Below are positions 30,307 to 41,551 of a DNA stretch of 64,000 nucleotides, in pieces. The notes beneath the pieces were generated by a model, which had not been told where the DNA came from, did not search any database, and saw only the letters and a program-made list of their open reading frames with translations. How positions within the stretch are numbered: position 1 is the stretch's first letter; every line of letters begins with the position of its first letter. The stretch is taken from positions 12,896 through 76,895 of the forward strand of contig JANRIG010000014.1 in the NCBI GenBank assembly GCA_033765235.1. The letters are read 5' to 3'. A program made the position numbers and the translations under genes. The stretch is from Cytophagales bacterium. GTDB taxonomy: Bacteria; Bacteroidota; Bacteroidia; Cytophagales; UBA9547.

Positions 30307-31026
30307 ATGAAAGTGCTTATTGTAGATGATGATAATTTGTCTGTCAAAATATTAGAATCATTATTAAAGTCTCACTTTTTGCATATAGTAAGCGAGATAT
30401 CAATAGCCAAAGACATAGATGAGGCAAAAGTAAAAATAGAAAACACATCTCCTCAGCTATTATTTTTAGATGTACATTTTCCCGAAAGCACGGGGTTTGA
30501 TTTGCTCAACAGTCTAAAAATTATTACATTTGAAGTCATCATTACTACTGCTACTGAAAACTATGCCATAGATGCTTATAAAGTAAATGCCATCGATTTT
30601 TTGCTCAAGCCTGTACAAATAGATGATTTGGAACGCTGCCTCAACAAAGTCATAAATAAGTTGAACAATACAGGCATTATACCTGCCATCAGTAAGAAAA
30701 AATTAACTTTACCTACCATAGGAGGCTCTCTGTTTGTGAATATTAACGATATATGTTTTTGTGAGGCAGATAATAATTATACCAAGATATACTTATCAGA
30801 TGGCAAAAGTGAGACAATCACCCTTTCGCTTAAAGAATTAGAGGCATTATTGCCAACAAATTTATTTTTTAGAATACATAAGTCTTTCTTAGTAAATTTT
30901 GAAAAGATTGTACAATATAATAAGTCGGAAGGCGGTACCATAGTTGTAGAAGATTATCACAATCGTATGTTGCCTGTATCAAAGCAAATAAAAGAGACGC
31001 TTATCAATAGGCTGAGGATTTCATAA
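30307..31026 (+). CDS. LytTR-family response regulator (REC plus LytTR DNA-binding domain)
   Basis: The REC domain shows KVLIVDDD...LLFLDVHFP...LLKP. The C-terminal LytTR-like domain shows ICFCEADNNYTKIYL...FFRIHKSFLVN. No histidine kinase gene is adjacent other than cheA. Confidence 0.85.
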   Translation: MKVLIVDDDNLSVKILESLLKSHFLHIVSEISIAKDIDEAKVKIENTSPQLLFLDVHFPESTGFDLLNSLKIITFEVIITTATENYAIDAYKVNAIDFLLKPVQIDDLERCLNKVINKLNNTGIIPAISKKKLTLPTIGGSLFVNINDICFCEADNNYTKIYLSDGKSETITLSLKELEALLPTNLFFRIHKSFLVNFEKIVQYNKSEGGTIVVEDYHNRMLPVSKQIKETLINRLRIS

Positions 31027-31043
31027 TACCCCGCTACGCCATA

Positions 31044-31622
31044 TCAATCCTCCACCAAGCAGCCAATCGGTTTTGTTTTTGGGGTTAATATTGGCTCGTT
31101 ATTCATCAATGCCTGCAGCACATCGGTGAGATAATATTGGGTAATTACAGTTCGCTTTTTGCCAAGGTCTTCAAGGCGATTGTCAATAGAGCCATAATAT
31201 AACACTTCATGGTAATCATTTATTACTGCTACGGTAGGTGCGGTGTCTATTTTGTAGTGCCTCGTTATTTTCATGGAGTGGTCTGTGTATATAGGTATTT
31301 TTATAGGATTATTATCCAAAAAATCATCTAACTCATCTTTTTGTACAGTTTTTTGAGATACTATTGCCACAAAATATATGCTGTCAGCCTTGTATTGTGA
31401 GGCTATTTTGTTCATGTCTTGTACGTATGACTTGCACATGGGGCAATATGGCAGCATAAAAAACACAACCCTGTATTTGGCATGTGTTATTGATTTCCAG
31501 TCGGCAGGTTTGCCGCTCACAGTATGTTTTATATCAGCAGAAAAATGGCTATTTTGACCACGTATTGAATATAGAGCAGATAGTGAAAAAATGATGCACA
31601 ACATACTATTTCTCAAATACAT
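31044..31622 (-). CDS. Secreted thioredoxin-fold (TlpA/redoxin-like) protein
   Basis: It has a signal peptide, a CxxC motif in the context FFMLPYCPMCKSY, and a size typical of periplasmic thiol-disulfide oxidoreductases. Confidence 0.55.
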   Translation of the reverse strand: MYLRNSMLCIIFSLSALYSIRGQNSHFSADIKHTVSGKPADWKSITHAKYRVVFFMLPYCPMCKSYVQDMNKIASQYKADSIYFVAIVSQKTVQKDELDDFLDNNPIKIPIYTDHSMKITRHYKIDTAPTVAVINDYHEVLYYGSIDNRLEDLGKKRTVITQYYLTDVLQALMNNEPILTPKTKPIGCLVED

Positions 31623-31624
31623 GC

Positions 31625-31658
31625 AAAAAAAAAATCAGCCCTGTCAAAAAAGGCTGAT
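31625..31658 (-). terminator. Rho-independent terminator of sodA
   Basis: On the minus strand there is a 7 bp stem (atcagcc/ggctgat) with an 11 nt loop. A run of about 10 T follows immediately. It lies 16 bp after the sodA stop and abuts the start of the downstream gene. Confidence 0.6.
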
Positions 31659-31673
31659 TATGATATATTAAGG

Positions 31674-32276
31674 TTAAGCTTTTTTATACAGTTCTTCTAC
31701 TTTGTCCCAATTTACCACATTCCAAAAAGCAGTGATATAGTCAGGTCTCCGATTTTGATATTTGAGATAATAAGCATGCTCCCACACATCGATACCGAGT
31801 ATTGGAGTGCCTTTTGCCTCGGCTATATCCATGAGAGGGTTGTCTTGGTTGGGCGTAGAGGTAATGGCAATTTCTTTGTTTGCCACTATGAGCCATGCCC
31901 AGCCTGAGCCAAATCTTGTAGTGGCAGCTTTGGCAAACTCTTCTTTGAAGGCATCGAATGAGCCAAACTTTTTGTCAATGGCTGCTGCTACTTCGCCTGA
32001 TGGCTTGCCTTTGCCTGAGGGGGTAAGCAATGTCCAAAACAAGGAGTGGTTGTAATGCCCTCCGCCATTGTTGCGCACAGCCATTGGGTATTTGCTAATG
32101 TTTTTACAAATATCTTCTATAGATAAATTTTCTTCTGGTTTGCCTGACACGGCATTGTTAAGATTGGTCACATAAGCATTATGGTGCTTGCCATGGTGTA
32201 TTTCCATGGTCATTTTGTCAAAGTGTGGCTCTAGAGATTCTGTAGCATAAGGTAGAGCAGGAAGGGTGAAAGCCAT
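31674..32276 (-). CDS. sodA: Fe/Mn superoxide dismutase
   Basis: The N-terminus is [32 protein letters not shown]. The C-terminal metal-binding motif is [18 protein letters not shown]. Confidence 0.95.
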   Translation of the reverse strand: MAFTLPALPYATESLEPHFDKMTMEIHHGKHHNAYVTNLNNAVSGKPEENLSIEDICKNISKYPMAVRNNGGGHYNHSLFWTLLTPSGKGKPSGEVAAAIDKKFGSFDAFKEEFAKAATTRFGSGWAWLIVANKEIAITSTPNQDNPLMDIAEAKGTPILGIDVWEHAYYLKYQNRRPDYITAFWNVVNWDKVEELYKKA

Positions 32277-32317
32277 ATATTTAATATTTTAAGTAAAGGT
32301 AATTTAATATTTGCCTG

Positions 32318-32325
32318 ACAAAGTT
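32318..32325 (-). promoter_or_regulatory. Candidate -7 promoter box (TAACTTTG) for sodA
   Basis: The minus strand is an exact TAnnTTTG match, 42 bp upstream of the sodA ATG. Confidence 0.35.
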
Positions 32326-32422
32326 ATTGTAATCTTTAATATATGGTAACAAAAGATAAAATTTTTATTATTTACTGTCTGCTATTCATCAGGCAAGCTA
32401 GTATATACTACAATATACTTTA

Positions 32423-33769
32423 TTACTCTAATATAATTTTTTGCACACTTGCATTTTGATTGCGGTATATTAACCCATAATATATCCCTCTTTTCCAATG
32501 AGTTATATTAATAGTTGGCAAATCACCCATGGTGTGGTAGTGTACCATATTGCCAAATATGTCATATATTAAAATACGGGTAATGTCTGTATGAAAATTA
32601 ATATTTAGCAATTGTACAGCAGGATTGGGGAAAAGTATATTTTCAATTTCAGGGTATTTTATTAATATAGATAATACGGTGTCTATAGTAATTGTTTCTG
32701 CACTCACAGCTTCACCATAGGCTGTTTTTATTTTTATTTTAGCTTTTGATGCCACATTATTAGGTATTAATATTGCCAAAGTATTGGCATTGAGCAAATT
32801 GTAGCCGGGTGTAGATACATTCTCTATGAATACACTTTGCAAGGTTATAAAGTTGCTGCCAAATACGGTCACTGTGCTGCCTATCCTTGTAGCGGTAGGA
32901 TACAGTCCTGTGATGGTAGGAGGTGGAGCTGTAATTACAAACGGCTTGCTTTGAGACTCCCCACGTACACTATATACTACTATATTATTAGCCCCCAACC
33001 CTACTAACGGCACCTTTACAGCTAATGTGGTGTCATTCAATATTTTGAGTGTGCTCAGGTCGGCAAGGGTATTGCCAAATCCAATGCCTATAATAGTAGT
33101 AAAGTCAAAACCTATGATGGTAACTTCGTCATTTTTCTTCCCTGACTGTGGCAATACTTCCTTGAGCTTTGGCACATTAATACCTGTCACGGTATATTTA
33201 TAAGTATTATTTGTGCCATATTCTTTAGAAGCACCATACACATTAGAGATGATTAAGTCAAATACCCCTGAGTTTTTTACCGGTGCCACAGGCATAGCCA
33301 GCATATTGCTGCCCAAATAGGTGATGAGCGATACATCAATATTTGCTGTGCCTATTTTTACAGATGTCACCGATAATAAGTACACACCTTCTACGGTAAT
33401 TATGTCATCTACTTCGCCACTTGAAGGATGCGCTGATGAAATCTGTGGCAAACGTGGAGGTATAGTGTAAGCCACTGCACTGCTCACACCACCCGGAGTA
33501 GTGACTGTGACAAACACATTGCCTGATGCGGTGGTCACAGGTATTATAATACTAAACTCACCGGCCGATATATTAATCATAGAGTCTAACAACGCAAAAG
33601 CATTGCCAAATTTTACCCCGGATATTGATTCTAAATTTATGCCCGAAACAGTAATTTTATCACCGGGAATACCTGATGAAGGTGAGAATGAACTCAATAC
33701 AGGGACTTGAGCATGTATAACTAATACAAATAAATGTAAGATGAAAGTGACACTAAGCTTTTTTATCAT
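32423..33769 (-). CDS. Secreted protein with repeated IPT/TIG-like Ig domains and a type A T9SS C-terminal sorting domain
   Basis: It has a signal peptide. Four repeats of about 90 aa begin P.I.S..P.SG..GD.ITV.G.N. The C-terminal tail is ILFPNPAVQLLNINF...RGIYYGLIYRNQNASVQKIILE. Confidence 0.75.
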   Translation of the reverse strand: MIKKLSVTFILHLFVLVIHAQVPVLSSFSPSSGIPGDKITVSGINLESISGVKFGNAFALLDSMINISAGEFSIIIPVTTASGNVFVTVTTPGGVSSAVAYTIPPRLPQISSAHPSSGEVDDIITVEGVYLLSVTSVKIGTANIDVSLITYLGSNMLAMPVAPVKNSGVFDLIISNVYGASKEYGTNNTYKYTVTGINVPKLKEVLPQSGKKNDEVTIIGFDFTTIIGIGFGNTLADLSTLKILNDTTLAVKVPLVGLGANNIVVYSVRGESQSKPFVITAPPPTITGLYPTATRIGSTVTVFGSNFITLQSVFIENVSTPGYNLLNANTLAILIPNNVASKAKIKIKTAYGEAVSAETITIDTVLSILIKYPEIENILFPNPAVQLLNINFHTDITRILIYDIFGNMVHYHTMGDLPTINITHWKRGIYYGLIYRNQNASVQKIILE

Positions 33770-33786
33770 ACTTTTTTAAATATTGT

Positions 33787-33794
33787 CAAATATA
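33787..33794 (-). promoter_or_regulatory. Candidate -7 promoter box (TATATTTG) for the IPT/TIG T9SS cargo gene
   Basis: The minus strand is an exact TAnnTTTG match, 18 bp upstream of the start at 33769. Confidence 0.35.
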
Positions 33795-33913
33795 AAAAAT
33801 AAATCTAAAAAAATTGTACAATTCTCTTTATACGTACTATTAACTATATAGTTTAGACACAAACCATTCAATACACATTTTGCAATCATGTTTCTTTATG
33901 CCAAATTTGCAAC

Positions 33914-36900
33914 ATGAAATATGATATATCACACGAGTTGCAAAAAAGAATACTCATACTCGACGGAGCCATGGGTACTATGATACAGAAATATAAACTC
34001 ACCGAAGAAGACTTTAGAAAAGATAGATTCAAAGATTGGAAATATGACCTTAAAGGAAATAATGACCTGCTGGCCATCACAAGACCTGATGTGATATTGG
34101 ACATACACAGGCAATATCTGGAAGCTGGAGCCGATATCATAGAGACTAACACCTTTAGCAGCACCTCAGTAGCCATGGCCGACTACCATATGGAAAGCTT
34201 GGTGTATGAAATGAACGTAGAAAATGCCAAACTTGCACGCAAAGCAGCCGATGAATATACTGCAAAAAATCCGCTCAAACCCCGCTTTGTAGCAGGCGCA
34301 CTGGGACCTACCAACAAGCTCACTTCCATGTCGCCGGATGTGAACGACCCCGGCATTCGTGCCATCACTTTTGATGAACTGGTAGTAGCATATACCGAGC
34401 AAATCAAAGGACTGGTAGAAGGCGGTGCAGATGTGCTCCTCTTTGAAACCATCACTGATACACTCAATACCAAAGCAGCTCTGTTTGCTGCTAATAAATT
34501 AAAACAAGATAACATTAAATATGATGTGCCCCTTATGGTATCAGGCACCATTACTGATGCTTCAGGGCGCACCCTGTCGGGGCAAACCACAGAAGCATTT
34601 TACAATTCACTCTCTCATGCAGGACTATTATCTGTAGGACTCAACTGTGCCCTCGGTGCCAAAGATATGCGTCCTTACCTTCAGACACTATCTCAAATAG
34701 CAGAATGCTATGTAAGTGTATATCCCAATGCAGGATTGCCAAACCAGTTTGGCGAGTATGACGAAACACCGCAAATTATGCTGCACAACGGGGTTCATCA
34801 AGACTTCATAGACAGTGGTTTTGTAAATATTATAGGAGGCTGCTGCGGCACCACACCAGACCACATCCGCGAAATGGCCAAAATGGCCGAAGGCAAAAAA
34901 CCGAGAGTGCCTGCTGCGCCTGAACCATATATGAGGCTTAGTGGGTTAGAGCCATTTGCTATCACACCCATTACCAACTTTGTGAATATAGGCGAGCGCA
35001 CCAATATCACAGGGTCCATAAAATTTGCCAGATTAATAAAAGAACAAAAATTAGATGAAGCACTTGCCATAGCCCGCGAGCAGGTAGAAAACGGTGCACA
35101 AGTCATAGACATAAATATGGATGAGGGTATGATAGACTCCGAAGCCATGATGACACGTTTTCTAAACCTTATAGCCTCCGAACCGGACATAGCACGTGTG
35201 CCCGTAATGATAGACTCCTCAAAGTGGAGTGTGATAGAGGCAGGTCTCAAATGTGTGCAAGGTAAGGCCATAGTAAACTCTATATCGCTCAAAGAAGGAG
35301 AACAAAAATTCATAGAATATGCCCATAAAATAAGGATGTACGGTGCTGCTACTGTAGTGATGGCATTTGACGAAACAGGGCAGGCCGACAGCTATCAACG
35401 CAGAATAGAGATTTGCAAACGCAGCTATGATATATTGGTAAATAAAGTAGGTTTCCCACCTCAAGACATCATATTTGACCCTAATATACTCACAGTAGCC
35501 ACAGGCATAGAAGAGCACAATAACTATGCGGTAGATTTTTTTAATGCTACGCAATGGATAAAGCAAAACTTGCCTCTTGCCAAAGTGAGTGGAGGCGTAT
35601 CAAATATTTCTTTTTCTTTTAGGGGAAATAATCATGTGCGTGAGGCCATGCATGCAGTATTTTTATATTATGGAATAAAACATGGATTAGACATGGGTAT
35701 TGTGAACGCAGGGGTGATACCTGTGTATGATGATATACCCAAAGAATTGCTGGAATATATAGAAGATGTGTTGCTCAACCGCAGACCCGATGCCACCGAA
35801 CGATTGGTAACCTACGCAGAGCAAATAAAAGCCCAACAATCAGGGCAAAAAGCTGAAAAACAAGATGAAGAATGGCGCAGCCTGCCTGTAAACCAAAGAC
35901 TTACCCACGCATTGGTAAAAGGAATAGACCAATACATAGACATAGATGTAGAAGAATGCAGGCAAACATTTGATAAGCCTATCGAAATCATAGAAGGGCC
36001 GCTCATGGACGGTATGAACGTAGTGGGTGACCTTTTTGGGTCAGGAAAAATGTTTTTACCTCAAGTGGTAAAATCTGCCAGAGTCATGAAAAAAGCTGTG
36101 GCATATCTACTCCCTTTTATTGAAGCCGAAAAACTAAAAAGTGGTAACACCACTACAAACGCAGGCAAAATCTTGATGGCCACCGTGAAAGGCGATGTAC
36201 ATGACATTGGCAAAAATATAGTAGGAGTAGTGCTGGGCTGCAATAACTATGAAGTAATAGACCTTGGGGTAATGGTGCCTGCAGACAAAATCATAAAAAC
36301 AGCCATAGACGAGCAAGTAGACGTGATAGGCCTCAGTGGTCTCATTACTCCCTCGCTGGATGAAATGGTGCATATGGCCAAAGAAATGGAAAGAGTAGGG
36401 CTTAATATTCCGCTGCTCATAGGTGGTGCTACTACAAGTAGGATACACACAGCAGTAAAAATAGACCCTCAGTACCATGGCAGTGTAGTACATGTATTGG
36501 ACGCCTCGCGGTCGGTGCCTGTAGTATCCAGCTTGTTGGGCAAGGATACAAAACAACCATTTTTCCAAAAAATAAAGGATGAATATACTAAAATGCGTGA
36601 AGAGCATGCAGGCAAACAAAAAGACAAAAATTATTTACCAATAGCACAAGCACGCAGCAAAAAATTCACCACAGATTGGTCGCAGATAGATATTAAAAAG
36701 CCACATATACTTGGCAATAAAGTATATGAAAACTATTCCCTTGCCGAAATAGCCAAATATATAGACTGGACACCTTTTTTTCAAACATGGGAACTTGCAG
36801 GCAAATATCCTAAAATACTCACAGACCCTATAGTGGGCACAGAAGCCACAAAATTATATGACGATGCACGCAAAATGCTCAAAGATATCATTGATAAAAA

Positions 36901-37669
36901 ATTGCTCAAAGCTTCGGCAGTGATAGGTATATACCCGGCTGCCCAAGTGAATGATGATGATATAGCACTCTATCATTGCGAAGCATTGCCTCATGGCAGC
37001 CACTACCACTACTCCGAAGACCGCAGCAATCCATACACATTTGCACATGATAATACACCTGTAGTACTGCACCATTTGCGCCAGCAAACACTAAGGGCTG
37101 AAAATGTGCCATATCTGTGTCTGGCAGATTTTGTGGCTCCCGCAAATAGCGGTAAAAATGACTATATAGGTGCTTTTGCTGTGACAGCAGGCATAGGCTT
37201 AGATGTATTGGTAAATGCATACGAGGCTGCACATGACGACTATAACTCCATCATGGCAAAAGCCATGGCAGACCGACTGGCAGAAGCCTTTGCCGAGCTC
37301 ATGCATGAAAAAGTGCGCAAAGAAATATGGGGCTATGCAAGTGCTGAAAACCTCAGTAATGAAAACCTCATAGATGAACAATACCAAGGTATAAGACCTG
37401 CACCCGGCTACCCTGCCTGCCCGGACCATACTGAGAAAGCTACACTGTTCAAACTGCTTGATGTAGAAAACAATATAGGACTGATACTTACTGAGAGCTA
37501 CGCCATGTATCCTGCTGCAGCTGTGAGCGGATGGTATTTATCGCACCCACAAAGCAAATATTTTGGACTTGGCAAAATTGACAAAGACCAAGTAGCAGAC
37601 TATGCAAAACGCAAAAATATGAGTATGGATATATGCGAAAGGTGGCTAAGCCCTGCCTTGGGATATTGA
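33914..37669 (+). CDS. metH: Cobalamin-dependent methionine synthase
   Basis: At 1,251 aa it is full length. The homocysteine-binding region contains GGCCGTTP. The pterin-binding region is present. The B12-binding motif is [13 protein letters not shown]-terminal reactivation domain contains [12 protein letters not shown]. Confidence 0.95.
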   Translation: MKYDISHELQKRILILDGAMGTMIQKYKLTEEDFRKDRFKDWKYDLKGNNDLLAITRPDVILDIHRQYLEAGADIIETNTFSSTSVAMADYHMESLVYEMNVENAKLARKAADEYTAKNPLKPRFVAGALGPTNKLTSMSPDVNDPGIRAITFDELVVAYTEQIKGLVEGGADVLLFETITDTLNTKAALFAANKLKQDNIKYDVPLMVSGTITDASGRTLSGQTTEAFYNSLSHAGLLSVGLNCALGAKDMRPYLQTLSQIAECYVSVYPNAGLPNQFGEYDETPQIMLHNGVHQDFIDSGFVNIIGGCCGTTPDHIREMAKMAEGKKPRVPAAPEPYMRLSGLEPFAITPITNFVNIGERTNITGSIKFARLIKEQKLDEALAIAREQVENGAQVIDINMDEGMIDSEAMMTRFLNLIASEPDIARVPVMIDSSKWSVIEAGLKCVQGKAIVNSISLKEGEQKFIEYAHKIRMYGAATVVMAFDETGQADSYQRRIEICKRSYDILVNKVGFPPQDIIFDPNILTVATGIEEHNNYAVDFFNATQWIKQNLPLAKVSGGVSNISFSFRGNNHVREAMHAVFLYYGIKHGLDMGIVNAGVIPVYDDIPKELLEYIEDVLLNRRPDATERLVTYAEQIKAQQSGQKAEKQDEEWRSLPVNQRLTHALVKGIDQYIDIDVEECRQTFDKPIEIIEGPLMDGMNVVGDLFGSGKMFLPQVVKSARVMKKAVAYLLPFIEAEKLKSGNTTTNAGKILMATVKGDVHDIGKNIVGVVLGCNNYEVIDLGVMVPADKIIKTAIDEQVDVIGLSGLITPSLDEMVHMAKEMERVGLNIPLLIGGATTSRIHTAVKIDPQYHGSVVHVLDASRSVPVVSSLLGKDTKQPFFQKIKDEYTKMREEHAGKQKDKNYLPIAQARSKKFTTDWSQIDIKKPHILGNKVYENYSLAEIAKYIDWTPFFQTWELAGKYPKILTDPIVGTEATKLYDDARKMLKDIIDKKLLKASAVIGIYPAAQVNDDDIALYHCEALPHGSHYHYSEDRSNPYTFAHDNTPVVLHHLRQQTLRAENVPYLCLADFVAPANSGKNDYIGAFAVTAGIGLDVLVNAYEAAHDDYNSIMAKAMADRLAEAFAELMHEKVRKEIWGYASAENLSNENLIDEQYQGIRPAPGYPACPDHTEKATLFKLLDVENNIGLILTESYAMYPAAAVSGWYLSHPQSKYFGLGKIDKDQVADYAKRKNMSMDICERWLSPALGY

Positions 37670-37841
37670 CAACTTGTTAATGTATTAAATAATCATATAT
37701 TATACTCAATATTTCTATGGCTATAGTACCTGCTACTACCCCAGATGTGTATGATATACGGTGAATAGTACATCTTAATCATATAAATAATGATTGTAAG
37801 GAAATATTTTGCATGCAAATAGGTGTATTCACAAAATCAGA

Positions 37842-37849
37842 TAACTTTG
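37842..37849 (+). promoter_or_regulatory. Candidate -7 promoter box (TAACTTTG) for the DUF2723-like gene
   Basis: An exact TAnnTTTG match lies 35 bp upstream of the ATG at 37884. Confidence 0.35.
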
Positions 37850-37883
37850 CATCATGTTTTTAATACCTTTTTATTAATTAATA

Positions 37884-40841
37884 ATGAATTTAAGTTATAA
37901 AAGATTAAATAACCTTACAGGGTGGGCAGTATTTTTAGTAGCATTGGTCACCTATATTCTCACAGTAGAGCCTACAGCCAGTTTTTGGGATTGTGGCGAG
38001 TTCATTGCATGTTCCTACAAACTGCAAGTACCGCATCCGCCGGGTGCACCTATGTTTTTACTTATCAACCGTATATTTTCCATGCTTGCCTTAGGCGATG
38101 TATATAAGGTAGCTTATTGGGTTAATATATCATCAGTGTTGGCAGCTGCATTTTCTATTTTATTTCTGTTTTGGAGCATCACACTATTGGCTCGCAAAAT
38201 AGTACTTACAGATTTAAAGGCAGAACCCTCGCTGCCCCAAATATTGGCCATATTAGGCTCAGGTGCAGTAGGTGCACTTGCCTACACATTTTCAGACTCA
38301 TTTTGGTTTTCGGCGGTAGAGGCAGAGGTATATGCTATGTCATCATTTTTCACAGCCATTGTATTTTGGTGTATGCTCAAGTGGGAGGCAGTGGCAGACG
38401 AAGACGGAGCAGATAAATGGCTACTGCTCATAGCCTATTTGGTAGGGTTGTCTATCGGGGTGCACTTGCTCAACTTAGTCACTATACCTGCTTTAGGACT
38501 CATATATTATTTTAAGAGATATAAACCGGGTTTCAAAGGCTTTGTCATAAGCATGCTTGCCAGCTTGGCTATATTGGGTGTCATACAAGTGGGTATCATA
38601 CCCGGATTGCCCACTTATGCAGGCAAGTTTGAAGTGTTGTTTGTCAATAATTTTCATTTACCATTTGGAAGCGGCATTATATTTTTTAGCATACTTATCA
38701 TAGGAGGGCTTGTGTGGGGCATTATTTATTCACAAATAAATAATAAAGTACTATTGAATACAGGCTTGCTCGGACTTGCCTTTGTGCTCATAGGCTATGG
38801 GTGCTATGCTATGATAGTGATACGGTCAAACTTTAACCCACCCATAGATGAAAACAATCCTGAAGATATTATGAATGTGGTATCGTACCTCAAACGAGAG
38901 CAATATGGCGACAGACCAATACTCTATGGGCCGAGCTACACAGGAGAACTCATAGACCAAGAGCAAGGCGAAGCATTGTACAGAAAAGGTAAAGAAAAAT
39001 ATGAAATATATGACTATAAAGTAGAAAACAAATTTGACCCCAAGCATAATATTCTCTTTCCGCGTATGCACAGCCGCCAACCCGGCCACGCACAGGAGTA
39101 TGCCCGATGGACAGGCAGAGCTGCAGGCAAAAAACCTACTATGAGCGATAACCTTACTTTCTTTTTCAAATACCAACTTGGGCACATGTATTGGCGATAC
39201 TTTTTGTGGAATTTTTCAGGTCGCGAGGGCGATGATCAAGACATGGGATGGCTTAGAGCTTGGGATACAGCAGACGCTCTGCCAGAGTCGCTTGCCAAAA
39301 GCAAAGCGCGCAACAACTTTTTTATGCTCCCTCTCATATTAGGATTGCTCGGGGTAGTATTTCACTATGGCAAATCCAAAAAAGACTTTATGGTAATGCT
39401 GTTTTTATTTGTGCTCACAGGCATAGCATTGGTAGTATATCTCAACCCACCCCCCACAGAGCCGCGCGAGCGCGACTATATATATGTAGGCTCTTTTTAT
39501 GCCTTTGCCATTTGGATAGGGTTAGGCGTGCTGGCGGTAATGGATTATATGAAAACACTAGTAAAAAAAGAAGTATACCTGCCCATAATATCTACATTGC
39601 TATGCCTCACAGTACCCACCGTGATGGCTGCCCAAGGCTGGAACGACCATAACAGAAGCAACCGCTACCACTCTGTGGACTCTGCCAAAAACTTGCTCAA
39701 CTCTTGTGCCCCCAATGCAGTACTATTTACAGGAGGCGATAATGATACATTCCCGCTATGGTATGTACAAGAGGTAGAGGGTTTTAGAACAGATGTAAGA
39801 GTATGTAACTTGAGCTTGCTCAATACAGACTGGTATGTACAGCAGATGAAAATGCAAGCTTATGATTCCAAACCACTACCCATATCACTGGAGTTTGAAA
39901 ATTTTATTCAAGGCAAAAACGACTATTTGCCATTTGTAGAAAACCCTCAAGGCAAAAATGGCATAAGCCTGCCTGTGTATATAAATTTGGTAAAAGAAAA
40001 TCACCCTGCCATCACCGTACAGGCATCGAGCGGGAGCAGCTTGTGCACGCTGCCTTCAGAATATTTGATACTGCCCATAGACACTGACAAAGTACGAAAT
40101 ATGGACTATATACCCAAAGGCAAAGAATCCCTCATCCCTGCCGAGATAAAATGGCGCATAGGCAGAGGCGCATTAGAGAAAAAAGACCTTATCATGCTCG
40201 ATATGATAGCTACAGGCAATTGGGAAAGACCACTCTACTTCTCCACCACCCTCTCAAACTCCAACTATCTAGGCTTGCGCGAATATATGCAAATGGAGGG
40301 TTTGGCATATAGGCTTATGCCATTCAAAGTAGATGGAGCCACACAAGGCTTTGTAAATACTGATGTAATGTATGATAGAATGATGAAAGGCATGTACTGG
40401 CGCGGACTTGATGATGAAAACTGCTACTATGACGAAAATTACAAACGCTTTCCGCTCAATGCACGCCTCTCGTTTTACAGACTTGCGGCTGAGCTGCTTG
40501 CAGAAGGCAAGCCCGACAAAGCCAAAGAAGTAGTATATCACTGCCTCAAAGTAATACCCGACAAGTCTATTCCTTATGACGTGTATTCACCCTCATTCAT
40601 AGGTATATTGCTACGCACCGGCGATAGTGCCAAAGCATTTGAAATAGCTGATATCATGCGTAAACGTGCCGAAGATGAGCTCAAATATTATTACAAAAAC
40701 GACATACAAAACGAAATGGCCGTGCAGACCAACCTATATATAGTGAACCAAATCATGATGGTGCTCAAAACCGAAGGTCTTGACGATAAAGCCAAAGCAT
40801 ATGATGATATATTGAGGCAATATCTGGGGGATAACTATTAA
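37884..40841 (+). CDS. Large polytopic membrane protein, DUF2723 / glycosyltransferase-like family
   Basis: The N-terminal signature is TVEPTASFWDCGEFIACSYKLQVPHPPGAPMFLL. Multiple TM helices follow, then a large soluble C-terminal region with TPR-like helices. The pattern is as I recall it for DUF2723 proteins. Confidence 0.65.
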   Translation: MNLSYKRLNNLTGWAVFLVALVTYILTVEPTASFWDCGEFIACSYKLQVPHPPGAPMFLLINRIFSMLALGDVYKVAYWVNISSVLAAAFSILFLFWSITLLARKIVLTDLKAEPSLPQILAILGSGAVGALAYTFSDSFWFSAVEAEVYAMSSFFTAIVFWCMLKWEAVADEDGADKWLLLIAYLVGLSIGVHLLNLVTIPALGLIYYFKRYKPGFKGFVISMLASLAILGVIQVGIIPGLPTYAGKFEVLFVNNFHLPFGSGIIFFSILIIGGLVWGIIYSQINNKVLLNTGLLGLAFVLIGYGCYAMIVIRSNFNPPIDENNPEDIMNVVSYLKREQYGDRPILYGPSYTGELIDQEQGEALYRKGKEKYEIYDYKVENKFDPKHNILFPRMHSRQPGHAQEYARWTGRAAGKKPTMSDNLTFFFKYQLGHMYWRYFLWNFSGREGDDQDMGWLRAWDTADALPESLAKSKARNNFFMLPLILGLLGVVFHYGKSKKDFMVMLFLFVLTGIALVVYLNPPPTEPRERDYIYVGSFYAFAIWIGLGVLAVMDYMKTLVKKEVYLPIISTLLCLTVPTVMAAQGWNDHNRSNRYHSVDSAKNLLNSCAPNAVLFTGGDNDTFPLWYVQEVEGFRTDVRVCNLSLLNTDWYVQQMKMQAYDSKPLPISLEFENFIQGKNDYLPFVENPQGKNGISLPVYINLVKENHPAITVQASSGSSLCTLPSEYLILPIDTDKVRNMDYIPKGKESLIPAEIKWRIGRGALEKKDLIMLDMIATGNWERPLYFSTTLSNSNYLGLREYMQMEGLAYRLMPFKVDGATQGFVNTDVMYDRMMKGMYWRGLDDENCYYDENYKRFPLNARLSFYRLAAELLAEGKPDKAKEVVYHCLKVIPDKSIPYDVYSPSFIGILLRTGDSAKAFEIADIMRKRAEDELKYYYKNDIQNEMAVQTNLYIVNQIMMVLKTEGLDDKAKAYDDILRQYLGDNY

Positions 40842-40846
40842 TAGGC

Positions 40847-41536
40847 ATGAGGCTGCATTACCTACAGCATGAGATATTTGAAACACCCGGGTGCATACTC
40901 GCTTGGGCTTCACAAAAAGGGTTCACCCTCACACACACCATGCTGTATGAAGCAGATGCCCGCCTGCCACAAGCCAAAGACATAGACGCACTCATAGTGA
41001 TGGGGGGCAGCATGGGAGCCAATGACGATGACAAGTACCTATGGATGAGTGCAGAAAAAAAACTTATTACAGAAGTAATTAACCTTAATAAACCTGTATT
41101 GGGTATATGCCTTGGTGCCCAACTCATAGCCAACGTATTGGGAGCAAGGGTGTACGGCAACCATACCAAAGAGATAGGATGGTACCCTGTAAATCTTACC
41201 CCTGAAGGTACCCACAATGCTGTTTTCAATGCTTTCCCCAATGCTTTTCATACATTTCACTGGCATGGAGATACCTTTGACCTGCCTCGTGGTGCCGTGC
41301 ACATAGCCTACTCGCAAGATTGTGTACATCAGGCTTTTATGTACGGCACAAATGTGCTTGGCATACAGTACCACCCTGAAATAAGGCAAGAAGATATTCA
41401 GATGATGGTAGCCCACGACAGTGGGGAACTTGCGCAACTGTCTGAATCACAAAAAAATGATATGGATAAACATCAAGATTGGTGCAACGCCAATAACGCT
41501 TGGCTGTGCCATGTGCTGGACAGGTGGGTAGGGTGA
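40847..41536 (+). CDS. Class I glutamine amidotransferase-like protein
   Basis: The nucleophile elbow is LGICLGAQLIA. The His-Glu pair is in GIQYHPE. It starts 6 bp after the upstream gene. Confidence 0.75.
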   Translation: MRLHYLQHEIFETPGCILAWASQKGFTLTHTMLYEADARLPQAKDIDALIVMGGSMGANDDDKYLWMSAEKKLITEVINLNKPVLGICLGAQLIANVLGARVYGNHTKEIGWYPVNLTPEGTHNAVFNAFPNAFHTFHWHGDTFDLPRGAVHIAYSQDCVHQAFMYGTNVLGIQYHPEIRQEDIQMMVAHDSGELAQLSESQKNDMDKHQDWCNANNAWLCHVLDRWVG

Positions 41537-41551
41537 AGCTATTTCAAACTA

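Noticed and set aside
33770-33913. I looked for a cobalamin or SAM riboswitch upstream of metH.
   Set aside because: The 144 bp leader is very AT-rich, with no B12-box-like or SAM-riboswitch-like conserved stems that I can see.
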